Assembly: GCF_000002075.1 (NCBI RefSeq) | Contig: NW_004797271.1 | Location: 2,817,757-2,881,756, forward strand | Direction of reading: 5' to 3' | Length of the DNA: 64,000 nt | Source: Aplysia californica | Lineage: Eukaryota | In this document: piece by piece, positions 23,022 through 35,120 of the stretch | Layout: the number at the start of each line of letters is the position of its first letter | Position numbering within the stretch: the first letter of the stretch is position 1 | Translations under genes and position numbers: made by a program | Notes under the pieces: model-generated | Told to the model about the DNA's origin: nothing | The model's input: only the letters and a program-made list of their open reading frames with translations | The model's database searches: none

Positions 23022-24735
23022 CAGAGCTGTTAAAGTACTTTTAAAAAAGTACTTAACTACAAATTTAAGTACAATCTAAAAAATGTACTGAAGTACGGCT
23101 AGCCTCTTCCATAATCAATTGAAACTGAAACTGTGTTCTCAATGTGTATCTAACAATTTTTATTCTAAATATGATGGCTAGACTGACCATTATAAAAAAA
23201 AAAGGCCTACTGAATTGTAAATATACATTTTTAGTGTGCAGTACCTAAAGTATTTGTATTTGAGACAAAACCAGGTGCCTTAATGACAGTGCATGTATTT
23301 TAAACCTCCTGTTTTCTAATGTTAATAGGGAATAAGATAAGTACGGCTAGACTGGCAATCTAGCCGTACTTAAATACGGGTAGACAGCCAGGCTAGCCGT
23401 ACTTAAGGACGGCTAGACTGTCAGGCTAACCGTACCTTTAATATTGATGGCTGAATTGTAAATGAAATTTTTAGTTTGCAATGCCTAAAGTATTTGTATT
23501 TCAGACAAAACCAAAAGGTGCCTTACTGACATGCATGTATTTGAGCCTGAATAATTGCTAGATCTAGATCTAATGAGACCTGTGTACTTAACAGGCTTGA
23601 GTCGATAGGGCCAAACCTAGATCTAAGTACGGCTAGACTGGCAGTCTAGCCGTACTTAAGTACGGCTAGCCACTTCGATTGATTATAGTGGTCTGACAGA
23701 TTTTGGTCACACTGCGTGTAGTCCACGTCGCCAACGGCAAACCAAAATACAATAGTTTCCTAGAGTCTAGTAAGTGTAGTGTTTGGTGTAACCAAAGATT
23801 CTCTACTGCAGTAGTCTCCGCCTAAGATCCCAGTGCTCGGAAGCAAGGAAAATATGGGATCTTAGCCAACGAAGCCAAGGAAAAATCTACAGTGACCCAT
23901 GAACTGACGTTACCCCTGGGTGGATTTATGACATGTGGCAAGCAAAGAGTGGTCAACCTTGATTACCAATCACAGTGGCATGAGGCATGCCATAAATAAT
24001 ATTATATATACACACTCATTAGCCTATCGTGAGTCTTGAGATCTTTATTTACGTTTATCCAGTTGCCCCTCCCCTTTACCTGTCCAACAATTTTAGCTTT
24101 CCATCTCTGATTGAGTCCCCCCCCCCCCCCCCCAACCTCCTTTGTCATTACGCACCATTACGATGTGACCACACTGATTAAAATTCAGGCTGTCTCGCAA
24201 ATTCTGGAAACACTGCTTTCAATAATGGTCAGGGAAGAGTTCACAGTTTGATGTGATCCCGTCTGGAGCGAACATGTAGGCCCTACCCACCCAGGGAGTG
24301 ATGTAAGCTTAGGTGGTGAGGTTAGATGCGAGTGTGATGTTTGGGAAAAAGAAACGCATCGGTCAGTTCACACCTTGGTGTGATCCCGTCTGGAGCAATC
24401 ACTGTACCGTTTCAAGGAGTTTTACAACGCTTGTGATCACATTCACGATAGTGGCTGATCTTTGAGGCGACGGCCGTTCTTTGATCTCAACTTTTAACTC
24501 TTGGCGGTTGATCGGGTTTTTGTTCCGTAAATTATGATCAGAAATGCCTGCACTTACCCTTTCATTAAGCTACCAAAGTACTCAAAATGTACTTAAAAAG
24601 TACTCAAAAGTACTTTTATAAAAAGTATCGGAGTACAGTAAAAGTACTGGTTTAAAAAATGTACCGGAGTACAGTAAAAGTACCGAACGTAAGTACAAGT
24701 ACCGGAGTACTTTTACTCCGTTACTACCAGCTCTG
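23022..24735. mobile_element. Non-autonomous hAT transposon (1.7 kb)
   Basis: 8-bp TSD GATATAAC (23014-23021 and 24736-24743), TIR CAGAGCTG/CAGCTCTG, dense subterminal AAGTAC repeats. Confidence 0.9.
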
Positions 24736-27219
24736 GATATAACTTCTTCCCCATCCCACACAGCAAACCATTACACGGATGTACTAAAAGCTCAATGTCT
24801 TGAGATTTATTCTGCGTTAGAATGGTTAGTTTCTTTGCCTTAGTTTTTGTTCTAGACAAGTGTTTGTAGAGTACCCAATTTGTCCTATTTTAGTTACAAA
24901 GTTATGAATAAATGATTGTTATTTTAAAAAATGCACGACAGATCTCTCCAAATTTTGTGTTAAACTGACTACGAATATCATGTCTTTTACCATGAGAAAT
25001 CTTAAATCTGCGGTAGTAGTAATAGTCAAGTTATAAGAGAAGAAAGATGCACATCTGCATATTTTAACTAAAGACGATCAGCGTTAGCTCTTATTTTACT
25101 ATTAAACAAGAGAAAGTTACTCTGCGTTTGTTCATGAATCATGCTGTGTCTGTGGCAGCCTGCATACAACTAAAAAGATATAATATAAGCGATTTAAAAA
25201 ACCACAAAACCGTGTAAATACATGGGTAGAGATAAACTTCTAGTATGGAATAAAAATAATGACAGCTAAAACATTCATTCTTAGTTTTTGTGTAGGAAAT
25301 ATGCGCGGACACAATTATGAATGTAAAGAAATCAGTCACATTGTCAGTTATTGCAAATGGTCATAGAAACGTAAAAAAAAGCTGGAAAAGTCTGGTGCTG
25401 ATTCAGTGTCCCTGGAAAACTAGAAATTATTCTTATAACCCAATTACGAGAAGTCATCCTTATTATTCAGTCAACTTACAAAACCTAGACTTAGCGTTTT
25501 AAGAAAAGTAAGCAATTTCTGGAGTGTAACAGATACTGTTCGTGTATTAGATCTACGTTGAAGATATATTCTAGCACTAAAATCGATTTGTACTTTTCAT
25601 TGAGAAACTTCATGATAACTTTTATAAACTTTCAAGAAAATATGCGAATATTCATGATTATATTAGACACATAAAGTTGTATTTGGAGGAATTACTTCGT
25701 AGCGAATTGTGTGCCCGATGGATACAATTGCAAAATTACAGCCTTCTATAATAAGCGCAGATACCATCTTTTCTGAGTATCTGCACTAATGTTATGTCGT
25801 TCATATTCCAAAAGTTCGACAGATTTTGACGATGCGTTTTTTTTATATTGATTTTATTTAATTCACGCTAGTCCCAAAAAAATTACAATTTAGCATTGCT
25901 GACTCCAGCGTGTCTAACGAAATAACCAGACAAGTTACAACGTCCGTTCTTTTTTTAGTCTCAAGAGCAGAAATGCGTGCTTTGGGTGCACTAAATGAGA
26001 ATTACCATAAATACAAGGATACACCTTAAATTGTACGTTGAAAAGTACCAAAAATTAAGTCGGCCCAGACAGAGCGGCGACAGGGAGCTGACCCCCGTGA
26101 CCCCGACGTGATAAGGCGCCCAGCGGGGAACCCCCCGCGGCAACTAAAATTCCACTGCCGGTGCGCCGTGGTTAGAATATTCAGATACTTCAGTTGTGGT
26201 TGGGGCAACGTTCCCGGACTATACTTCATTTGAAAATACCTTCAAAAGGTACTGCGAGAAAAAAGAGTGATCGACCTTGGCAGTAACCTATTTTGCATTT
26301 ATTTAGTCACCCAGCAAAAACTAAAATCCTTCGTTCACACCTTACACACACGCTGACACACACACACACATGCACACTCACTCACACACACGCTGACAGA
26401 CACACACACATATGCACACTCACTCACACACACATGACACACACACACACACGGGCCACTCCATTCGCTTATTTTATCAACAAATCTCGAGAACGGAAAC
26501 TGTTCGGAGAAATAGAGTTCAAGTTTATTTTCCTGAACGTTCGGAGAAATAGAGCCGGCCAAACAAAATGGCGACCCGCGTAATTCGGCTCGATTCGAAA
26601 AGTGAAATAGCTATAGCATCTTTGTAGATGATCAAATTAGCTTACTTTTGTGCTATGACGTAATTTTTTCTTTGCTTTTATCCATTTGATCATCTACACC
26701 GATAGAAAGCATTCCGAAATTAGGAAAAACAGGTCTTGTTTCACACCGGGTGAGAATAGCCAACGGAGGCAAGTCTCACCCGTGGTGAGAGGTCGATCGT
26801 ATTTTTATTCTCACCCTGGGTGAGGATAGCCACTTCCGAGAATATACTGGCTTAATCTAGTGATGATTTTGCATAGCGTGCGGTTTGCACCAGGGCAGTT
26901 TCCAAGCTCCTTCCCCTTATAGATCTAGTTCTACTCCTTTTGCAGCTTAGCGTCTTATTGAGTCCAATCTCTTGTAAAATGTGCTTAATGTCTTGTGCCT
27001 TCAAAACTTTATAAGAAACAATCCAGATCTAAACTGTCGATCATTTGCACTGCGTCATTGAACTTTGTTTGAACTTGTTTTCGTAGTCTATCCAAATTGA
27101 CTTAGGCCTACTCTTAGTCTTCTTCTTCTCAATTTATGTTGTGTATAGTATCAGAATCAATCTGTGCGGAAGAAGGGTGCTGCACAATCACAGACAACCG
27201 AACCGAACAGTTCTGGGAA

Positions 27220-27411
27220 TCCCTCAGTGACGTCAAACAAGATGGCTGTTACTATAAATATATGCCTATGCCGTTTAGTTGTCGTTCTCTAATTATCCGC
27301 TTGTGAGAATAGCCTATATCTCGCTATTCTCACCCCCCTATCCCCTAGTAGGCCTATAGCACAGACACACACCCACAGAACAGCACAGAGAATAAGTTTT
27401 AAGTTGTAGAG
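27220..27411 (+). promoter_or_regulatory. Candidate SHPRH promoter and first non-coding exon
   Basis: CRE palindrome TGACGTCA 27228-27235, YY1-like AAGATGGC just after, strong donor AG|GTAAGT at 27411/27412; the first coding exon has an acceptor at 30781, so an upstream exon is required. Alternative promoter near 29800 (CCAAT, ACTTCCG). Confidence 0.4.
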
Positions 27412-28047
27412 GTAAGTTTCAGGTTTAGTTTATTTAATGGGCTAGGTGAAGGCCATTTCACACCATGAATAGTTAACAACAGTGAAAAAAAACCCACTCA
27501 CACAAAAAAAGAAAACAGCAACAACCGAGCTAGATCTAGATCTATGGTTTATGGAAGGACGAAATGTCAAGAGCAACGCATATATGGATGCCTACGGGTC
27601 CTCGCAATTATAGATCTAGATTAGATCTAGCCTTAATTTTTAAAACTTTTTAAAGAACATGGCTCGACTCATGCTCACACTGGGGTGGGGGTGAGAATAG
27701 CGGATCATGAGTTATTCTATTGGTGGCCTTTAGATTTTAGTTATAGATTCTAATCTAGACTAGTTTTAGTTTTATAGCCTTCTCAAATCGCACAATGGAC
27801 GGTATTCCACAAGTGACAAATTAAAGTTGAATCTAAAAGGTTGGGCACCGAAGTTGAAAGCAAGAATTAGATCTAGATGTAGGTCAAGACTAACAAGAGC
27901 ATCCTAGCATACTCATTCTTCTTGGAGGTTAGTAGGCCTATTTACTATAACTGGGCATCTTCATAACTGCAGGCTGTAATAATGAAATGACAATGTCAAT
28001 GCAGTTTGTATTACAATGTTTATTGTTACTGTTTTCTTTTATGGCCA

Positions 28048-29890
28048 GCTCTATTCAGACTTGAATCCGATTAGATTTTTTATCTATTCGGACTCGAGTC
28101 CAAATATATGGGTTTTATCTATTGAGACTTGGGTCCGAAAAAAATGTTTTATTTATTCAGACTCGGCTTCTAGGGTAGGTTGGGGCAACTTCGACCGATT
28201 TTTACAATTGGCGAATAGTAGCCGACTTCACTAGGCTCCTCTCGGTGCTCAGGAATACCTGGATGCACTAGTGGGAATTAAATTATAAAATGGTGTTTCT
28301 CGATCCTTCGTCAGGTTCCGTTTTAATGCAGGGGTCCCTAATATTCGATACCTGACTTTTTTTGTGATTATACCTCACTTGGTTCAACTTTGACCGGGGT
28401 AGGTTCAAATTCGACCGGCAGTTGGACCAACTTCGACGACCTTGGTGCAATTTCGACCGAGAGTCCATCTAAGCTAGCCTACACCGTTTTGTAGCCTAGG
28501 CTATGGGTGGTACCCTTGTGTTTTGGTCGCAGTATGCCACTCACTCGCAAGGACATCACCCAAACTAAACGTGACATGCAAATGAACCCAAAGGCAAGCC
28601 TAATGTACGAAACACGCTGGCGCAGATACACTCCCAGAAAGACCCCACTCATTGACCATTCACAGGAAAATGCTTAGCCTAGCCTACAGGGAAGCAGCTA
28701 AGGCTCAACACACAGAAGATATATATATTAACAGGCTACACTTAATATCAAAAGCATACACTTTGCAAAACACTATCATGTCCTTTTCCTCGAACCTGTG
28801 GCTGGTGACAGCTCTGCTCGAAGGCTTCTTCAGCGTTGCCACTTGAGGGGGGGAAGTAAACAGCTTCCCCAAAGCCGGGTCAACAGCAACCCCATCATCA
28901 GACTCGGAAATGCCTACCTCGAGCATTATTTAAAAATATAAGATTAAAAACATTCTGAACTTTGCTTCCCACGTTTCCCTAGCTGTAAAATGAATGCACT
29001 CTCTTATCTGAAATTTTCAGACAGATTCGTAAAGTATTAATCAAGATATTGCCTTTAATATGAGGTGTGAAGTTAAAAAATAATGTCTCGTTGGTCGTCA
29101 AAGATAGGCGGCTCCATGGGGATGACACAGTCTTCTTGAGGAACAACCTGTATCATATGTCAGAGGTGGTATCTCCATCATTACTTCCACCACCATTTGT
29201 CTTTCCACAGGTTTAACTTCATTTTGCTGTGTGTTAGAGTTTTTCTGTAGCCTTATTATTTATTTTATAAAAATCACATCGCACAAAACTGACAGCCGTG
29301 GCCTCTTCCCCCAGCAAGCGAGAGTGCATGATCACACAGTTTCATTGTCGACATAATTAACTTTGCCCCTGGCAAGGTCAACTCAACTTGGTTGTTCTGT
29401 TCATACTAATGATGCAGGAGGGGCCAGTACAGTTTAGATTGATCTAGTAACTGGATATTAAAGCTCATGTCTCGATTGCTATCATTATAATTGAAAAATA
29501 TTTCATAAATGCTGGAAATATTTAAGAACAAGGCTCGGAAGTCAAAAAGGACATCATGCTGGACTCAATCAAAGATCGTACATAACAAGATAGCTCACTC
29601 CTCTCTTTGAGCCAATTAAAAAAGTGTCCTCAAAATTCGCTGGGGCCCTCGTAAAAAAAAGTGCGGACTTTCCGATAAATAAGAGTTACCCTACTTGTGT
29701 GAAAAACAATAAAAGTGAAACCAACAAACTGTGCTATTCCTATTCTTCTTCTGGAGAAACGAAAGAGAACTTCAAAACAAAGACTGCAGCGCCATCTGAT
29801 CCAATGCGCGGACTTCCGCACACACTTTTTTGGCTGAGTGAACAATCTTGTTATTTATGATCTTTGACTCTATTCAGAGTCCGAATATAA
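28048..29890. mobile_element. Possible decayed DNA transposon with TATTCRGAC/GTCCGAATA subterminal repeats
   Basis: Four TATT(C/G)RGACT motifs at 28050-28165 and an inverted or direct partner at 29866-29890; termini and TSD not resolved. Confidence 0.35.
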
Positions 29891-30844
29891 TTTTTGTCTA
29901 TTTGGACTGTCACTTCGGTCTTTTATAGCATGATTTTTTACTAACAATGCAGGGTATTTCCTTTTCTGTATGTTTCTTAGGCATAGTGTTGTTGAAGTTT
30001 GGCTCCCATGGCTTTCTATAGTAGAAACAAAAATGATCTCAGTCCCAAATTGACTTTTCAGTCTGGCCCTGGGAACTTTGTTATTCAAAGTTATTCAAGT
30101 TATTGGATTTTGATCAAGAGTCAATTGTGTATTCAACTATCTAGTTCGTCTAGTGATAGTGCTGACTGTGGCTTTTTTATTTTGATGGCATTAGAGGCTA
30201 TATCCAAATGTCATAACACATTTACATGAAAGCTTTTACTCAATCACAAGATACAACCTTCAATTATGAACAAGCAGCTGAAAAAAATTGTGATGACAGA
30301 TAATTTTTAGAGATATTTTTTTCTTTTATTGTAATCTTTTTTCCCCCCAAGTTACTCTCAACCCATTCAGTTTGAAACTCAGCACATTGGAAAATGCATA
30401 GCATTGTAAAGGTATTCACTCTATTTTTGTGGACTCAAGGTTCAAACTTACAGTTTAGCACTGGCAGGCAAATAGGTGTAACCAAATTGCAAAAGGGTCA
30501 GTACTTCCTGCAGAGCAACATAAGCCTCTAAAAATAAGTGAGATTTGGCTGAGTTGACAAAGCATCATTGACTTTGACTTAGTTGTGCTTATATCACTTT
30601 AATCAAAGAGTGGATATAAAAGAATACATTAACTTATTACATGACATGCTTTTCAAAGTTAACACAGTGGGTCATTGTCTTTACTAAATTATGAACCAAT
30701 AGAATAGTTCTAAAAATGGAATAGAAAGTCAATAGGAAAATTATTTTATTATATTTAGAATTTTCATGTTTTATTTTTCAGACTGCTGTTGCGTGCTTTT
30801 GAGGACGCTTTGACATCTGCTTCTCTGAAAGAAATTCAAAAGCC

Positions 30845-33800
30845 ATGGGAAAACGAAAACAGAGGGCTCCGCAGCATGCAGGAGTAACGAAAAGGCAGCA
30901 GTTAACGTGGAACCTCTCGGGCCAGGCGAGTGGCTCAGGGTCTGACTCGTTCATTAATGACCACACGCTTAGAAATGAAAACTTGAATCAGTCAGGACTG
31001 TCACCTGAATGTGGCCTCAGTGCATCGCCCCAGAGTGGGGAGGGCAGCTCAGGGAGCCACACACCCGTCCATGCCTTATGCGTTGATGCTTTCTACCAGA
31101 ATCTTGCTTCTTGTCATTCAACGGTCACCTTGCATTGTTCAGACTCAACGAAAGTACAGGATGTAAAGAACAAAACAGAGCTGTTAGAATTTGGAACATT
31201 CAAAATTTCTTTGGTAGCTCACCCGAAACTGACTCCTTTACCAGAACAATTGCCTGACTTCAAGGAGTGCTGGCTGTACCTGGCAAATGAAGATAAACCC
31301 AGCATGCTCTATTTCGAGACTGAAGACAACAATGAAAATGTTGATCAGCCAAGGAAAACGAAATCAAGACAGTCAAAGTTTGGTGTGTTTTGGTTTGTGA
31401 AATTGAATGTCCCAGTTCAAGTACTGTCAAGCCTAAGGGGGAAGTCTTTTTTGGTAAGAAAACCTAACAAATTATGTTCTTTCGATTCCTTTTGTTAGTC
31501 GTGACTGTCTCTCTCCTTGTTTGAGAAACTGTTGCGGTATAATTTTATATGCCATCTGATAGTATCATTTCATCCCTCCCTAAAAGTTTGTTCCTGTTTC
31601 ATGATGACTCTAAAAGTGTCGGTATTATAATGCTTCTAAGGCTAGCAGTTACCTTCGGCTCCTTTACTGTTCGTCTAAGATGTGCTTCTGTAGATTAATT
31701 TATTAACCGCATTGACGATAACGAAAATTTAGTTTTTGTGAAGCACAGTTGAATACAGTGTGTGGTAGAAGGGGGAGGGGGGGCAGGTTAGATGAGGGAT
31801 CTTCATCTTTTATAGATGTTTTTCCTGCAACTCCTTTCTTTTTACAATGATTACTGTCAAATTGATACTTTTATTATCTTTTTAACATCAGTAAGTGAAA
31901 AACTCCTCAGTTGCTATGTGACCCGTTTGACACCCATGAGAAGGAGCTGAAAGTTACCATCTATGGTTGTGAGAGTATTGTTCTGAAGCTGTCCCATCCC
32001 AGTGAAGTCATTCGGATCAAGGTGGTACAGGTCGCAATCCAGAAATTGATGGAGTTCTACTTTGACATTTCTTTGCCCTATGGTGAGTTATTTTAATGTG
32101 AATTTTTCTTCTTTTTCATTGGATGGCAAATGGGACCCTCCTGCTTTGACATACATGCATGACATAACTCACTTACCCCTCCTTTCATTAAATTCTGACT
32201 CCCCTGGACAATACTTGGTATGTATGCATGATGATTCCCCATCCTCCCTCGGTGGTACATGACTCACCCCCATCCCACCCTGCACCCCACCCCACCCAAC
32301 CCCACATACGTACAAATTCCACACCCCCACCCAGTTCGCATACACATGACAGTCTCTTTCCCTTCTTGTTGATATGCATGAGCCCAGTACTGTACCAATC
32401 TATTTTTCTGAAATATCAATTCCTTGTTTCACTTGTACTGATGTAAGGTCTGAGAGTTGTTTCTGTTTCTTCTGAGGCTTGACTGATGGGTAGGGTAATA
32501 TGTAGTATATCTTTTTGTTATCATCGCAGCAGAAAAAAATGTTTAAGTAGTTCATCTTTAATTTTTATTTTAGAGTGCTTTAACTTTTTATCTCCTGATA
32601 GGGTATTCCCACTACACTGGAGCCTTGTTTTTGGTACAAAATGTGAGAATGACCTGCAAGTGATTAAATTGGTCATTAAATCAAAACAAATGAGCCTATT
32701 TTGGTAGTTCTTCATTTAATGAAAGAACCTACAGTACAGTAAGAAAGACCTGTTTTCAGCAATTACAGAAATGTAATATATTGTTGTTGTCATGGTAACG
32801 GAATGTGTCAGTGGATCACCAGCACAGCGGTTCCAACTGCAAGCTGCTGCTGGGAGTGGGTTACTGGAGATTAGAAGTTAACTTTAATGAATTTATTTAT
32901 TGAGAAATCTGGACAGACATCATAGTTCAAATAACCTGTACTCTCGTGTATGGCAGGTTTGCGTTGGACATGTTCCACCTTTAGTTTTTGTTGATTTTGC
33001 GGAAGGAAAGAAATATGTTTTAGCAATCTATCTTTTGTTTTGATTTTAGCGTTTAGCGTTCTTTAAGTGCAAAGAATCTGCTCATAGCCAAATGACTTGT
33101 ACTTTTGAGTTAAGCATATTTTAGTTTTACATGCTCTGCTGTACTTTGAGAACAAATATCGATTTGATATTCTTTTTTATATAAGAAAAAAACCCATCAT
33201 GTCACATTTTACGTTTTAAAAATCTCACTGAAAATCCGAATAAAAAAAATAAAATTGAATAACATAGTATTGCTATTGGGAGTTTTAAAAAAAAGTAGAA
33301 AATTTTTAAGTTGGTCAATGATTGTAGTTGCTATCTAATGGCACCTGGCCAGTATGGCATTAGGAAAACATGACGACTTCAAGTTGGAGCACGATCACTT
33401 AGATTTGTTTATGTTTGCGCTTGCCATGACATATCATATGTTAGTTAATCTCTGTATTTAGTTACTGTATAGTCATATGAACTTTCTTCGTAAGGTATGC
33501 AAACACCTTATTGCTTCTGAAATTGTAGTAGCTTTTTTCATAAACAATTATAGGTAACACCCGTACGTTTCCTTTTTTTATCTTCCACGTGTTTCCAGAT
33601 TATGAAAAACGAGTGAGGACGACTGGCCATGACTTCTTCCATCTGTATGAAAGCGTCATGTTCATCCACAAAGCTCAACTGGACCAAGACCAGGCATGGG
33701 AAAAGGAAGTTGCTGAGATTAGTCACGACTGTCTTAAACCTAAGCTGCGGCATTACCAAAAGCAAAGTGTGGCCTGGATGTTGAGGCAGGAGAAGAGAAA

Positions 33801-35066
33801 CTATGATAACAGAGAGCAGCAGACGTTGCAAGGTTTGTGAAGTTGTAGTTGTTCCTGTATTTATCATTTTCACAAGATGTCCTTGAAGTGAATAGCATGG
33901 CCTAAGAATTGGAGTATAAATAGAAACATTAGATGGAGAAAGAAAGCTATTGTCACAAACCATCAGTTTAAACCTTAGGCCCTTTTTTAATACATTTTTA
34001 CGGCAATTAATTTTGTAAGAAAAGACAAAATATTTGTAGCTGTCAACAGTATCAACTCATTGTGTGTTTGTTTGCCGTTTATTTTCTTTTTTTTTTTCGA
34101 TTTTAGAGTCTTTTGAATTTGTTTGTAACATGCAATGGTTGTTAGTCTCATATTGTCCCTTAAGAAACTCCTTTTGTATGAAGCACATGCTTTTTGAAAG
34201 TGGGCTTATTGAATATATCGGTTGTTTGTTTTTTTTTGCTATCTTTTTTACTGTGCAGCTATAAATGTTTCTTGTAGTATCCTTGAAAGAAAAATTACAA
34301 TGTAGCTCTTTTTGATTTATGATATGATTGAACTTTTTGTTATTACCGATGTCTTGTTTTTTTGCTCAGATTTACACCCCTTGTATTGTGAAGTGCAGTT
34401 TCGGAATGGTGCACAACTGTACTACAATCGACATGGAGGCAGGTAAAGACAAGGGTTTACTTGGTCACACGACGGCAAGAAAAAAATCGTGCATTAAGAT
34501 CTTTCGAGGATAATTTAGAAGAATTTCTCTCTGGTCAGGGTCAGTTTTGTTGTTCTTTGTGGCATTTCTTTTTAATCTGATTGTTAATTTTTTTTCATAA
34601 ATGGTATGGGAGCTTCAAATCCTTAAATGTTTTTTTTGCTTGCTTTATGCCACAAGAAGGCTCAATAAAAAAGTTTTTCTACTCTTAATATATTTTGAAA
34701 TTAGGGGTTATAGCAAACATTGTTCTTGGTAATGCTGTCATTCAATATGGTTGACATAAATCAGTGACCTAATATTCCATTTTGGTCAAACATCTCATGC
34801 ATATATCTTGTGTTCATTCAAACGCTTTCACTTTTCTGTGATGCGTCCAAGATGTGTTAGAATTTCAACGAAAACCTCAGCAGCGTCATATGTATTTCTG
34901 GTGTTGGCTCGGTAACCACAGTGCAAATCCATTTTGGGGCAGTCTGACTGTATGTTTTCACACAGGCTGTTCATTCTGTTCAATTGTTTTAAGTTATAAA
35001 TGATGTAAGTATGTGGGCAGATGCACAGAGATAGAGATAGATAGAGAGAGAGATAGAGAGAGAGAT

Positions 35067-35120
<54 letters not shown>

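Noticed and set aside
23330-23672. CRISPR-like palindromic repeat array
   Set aside because: Eukaryotic DNA, no regular unique spacers, no cas genes; lies inside a TSD-flanked hAT element
28705-28926. 73-aa minus-strand ORF faintly resembling a pogo-type transposase C-terminal region
   Set aside because: Too short and no catalytic motif; cannot be supported as a CDS
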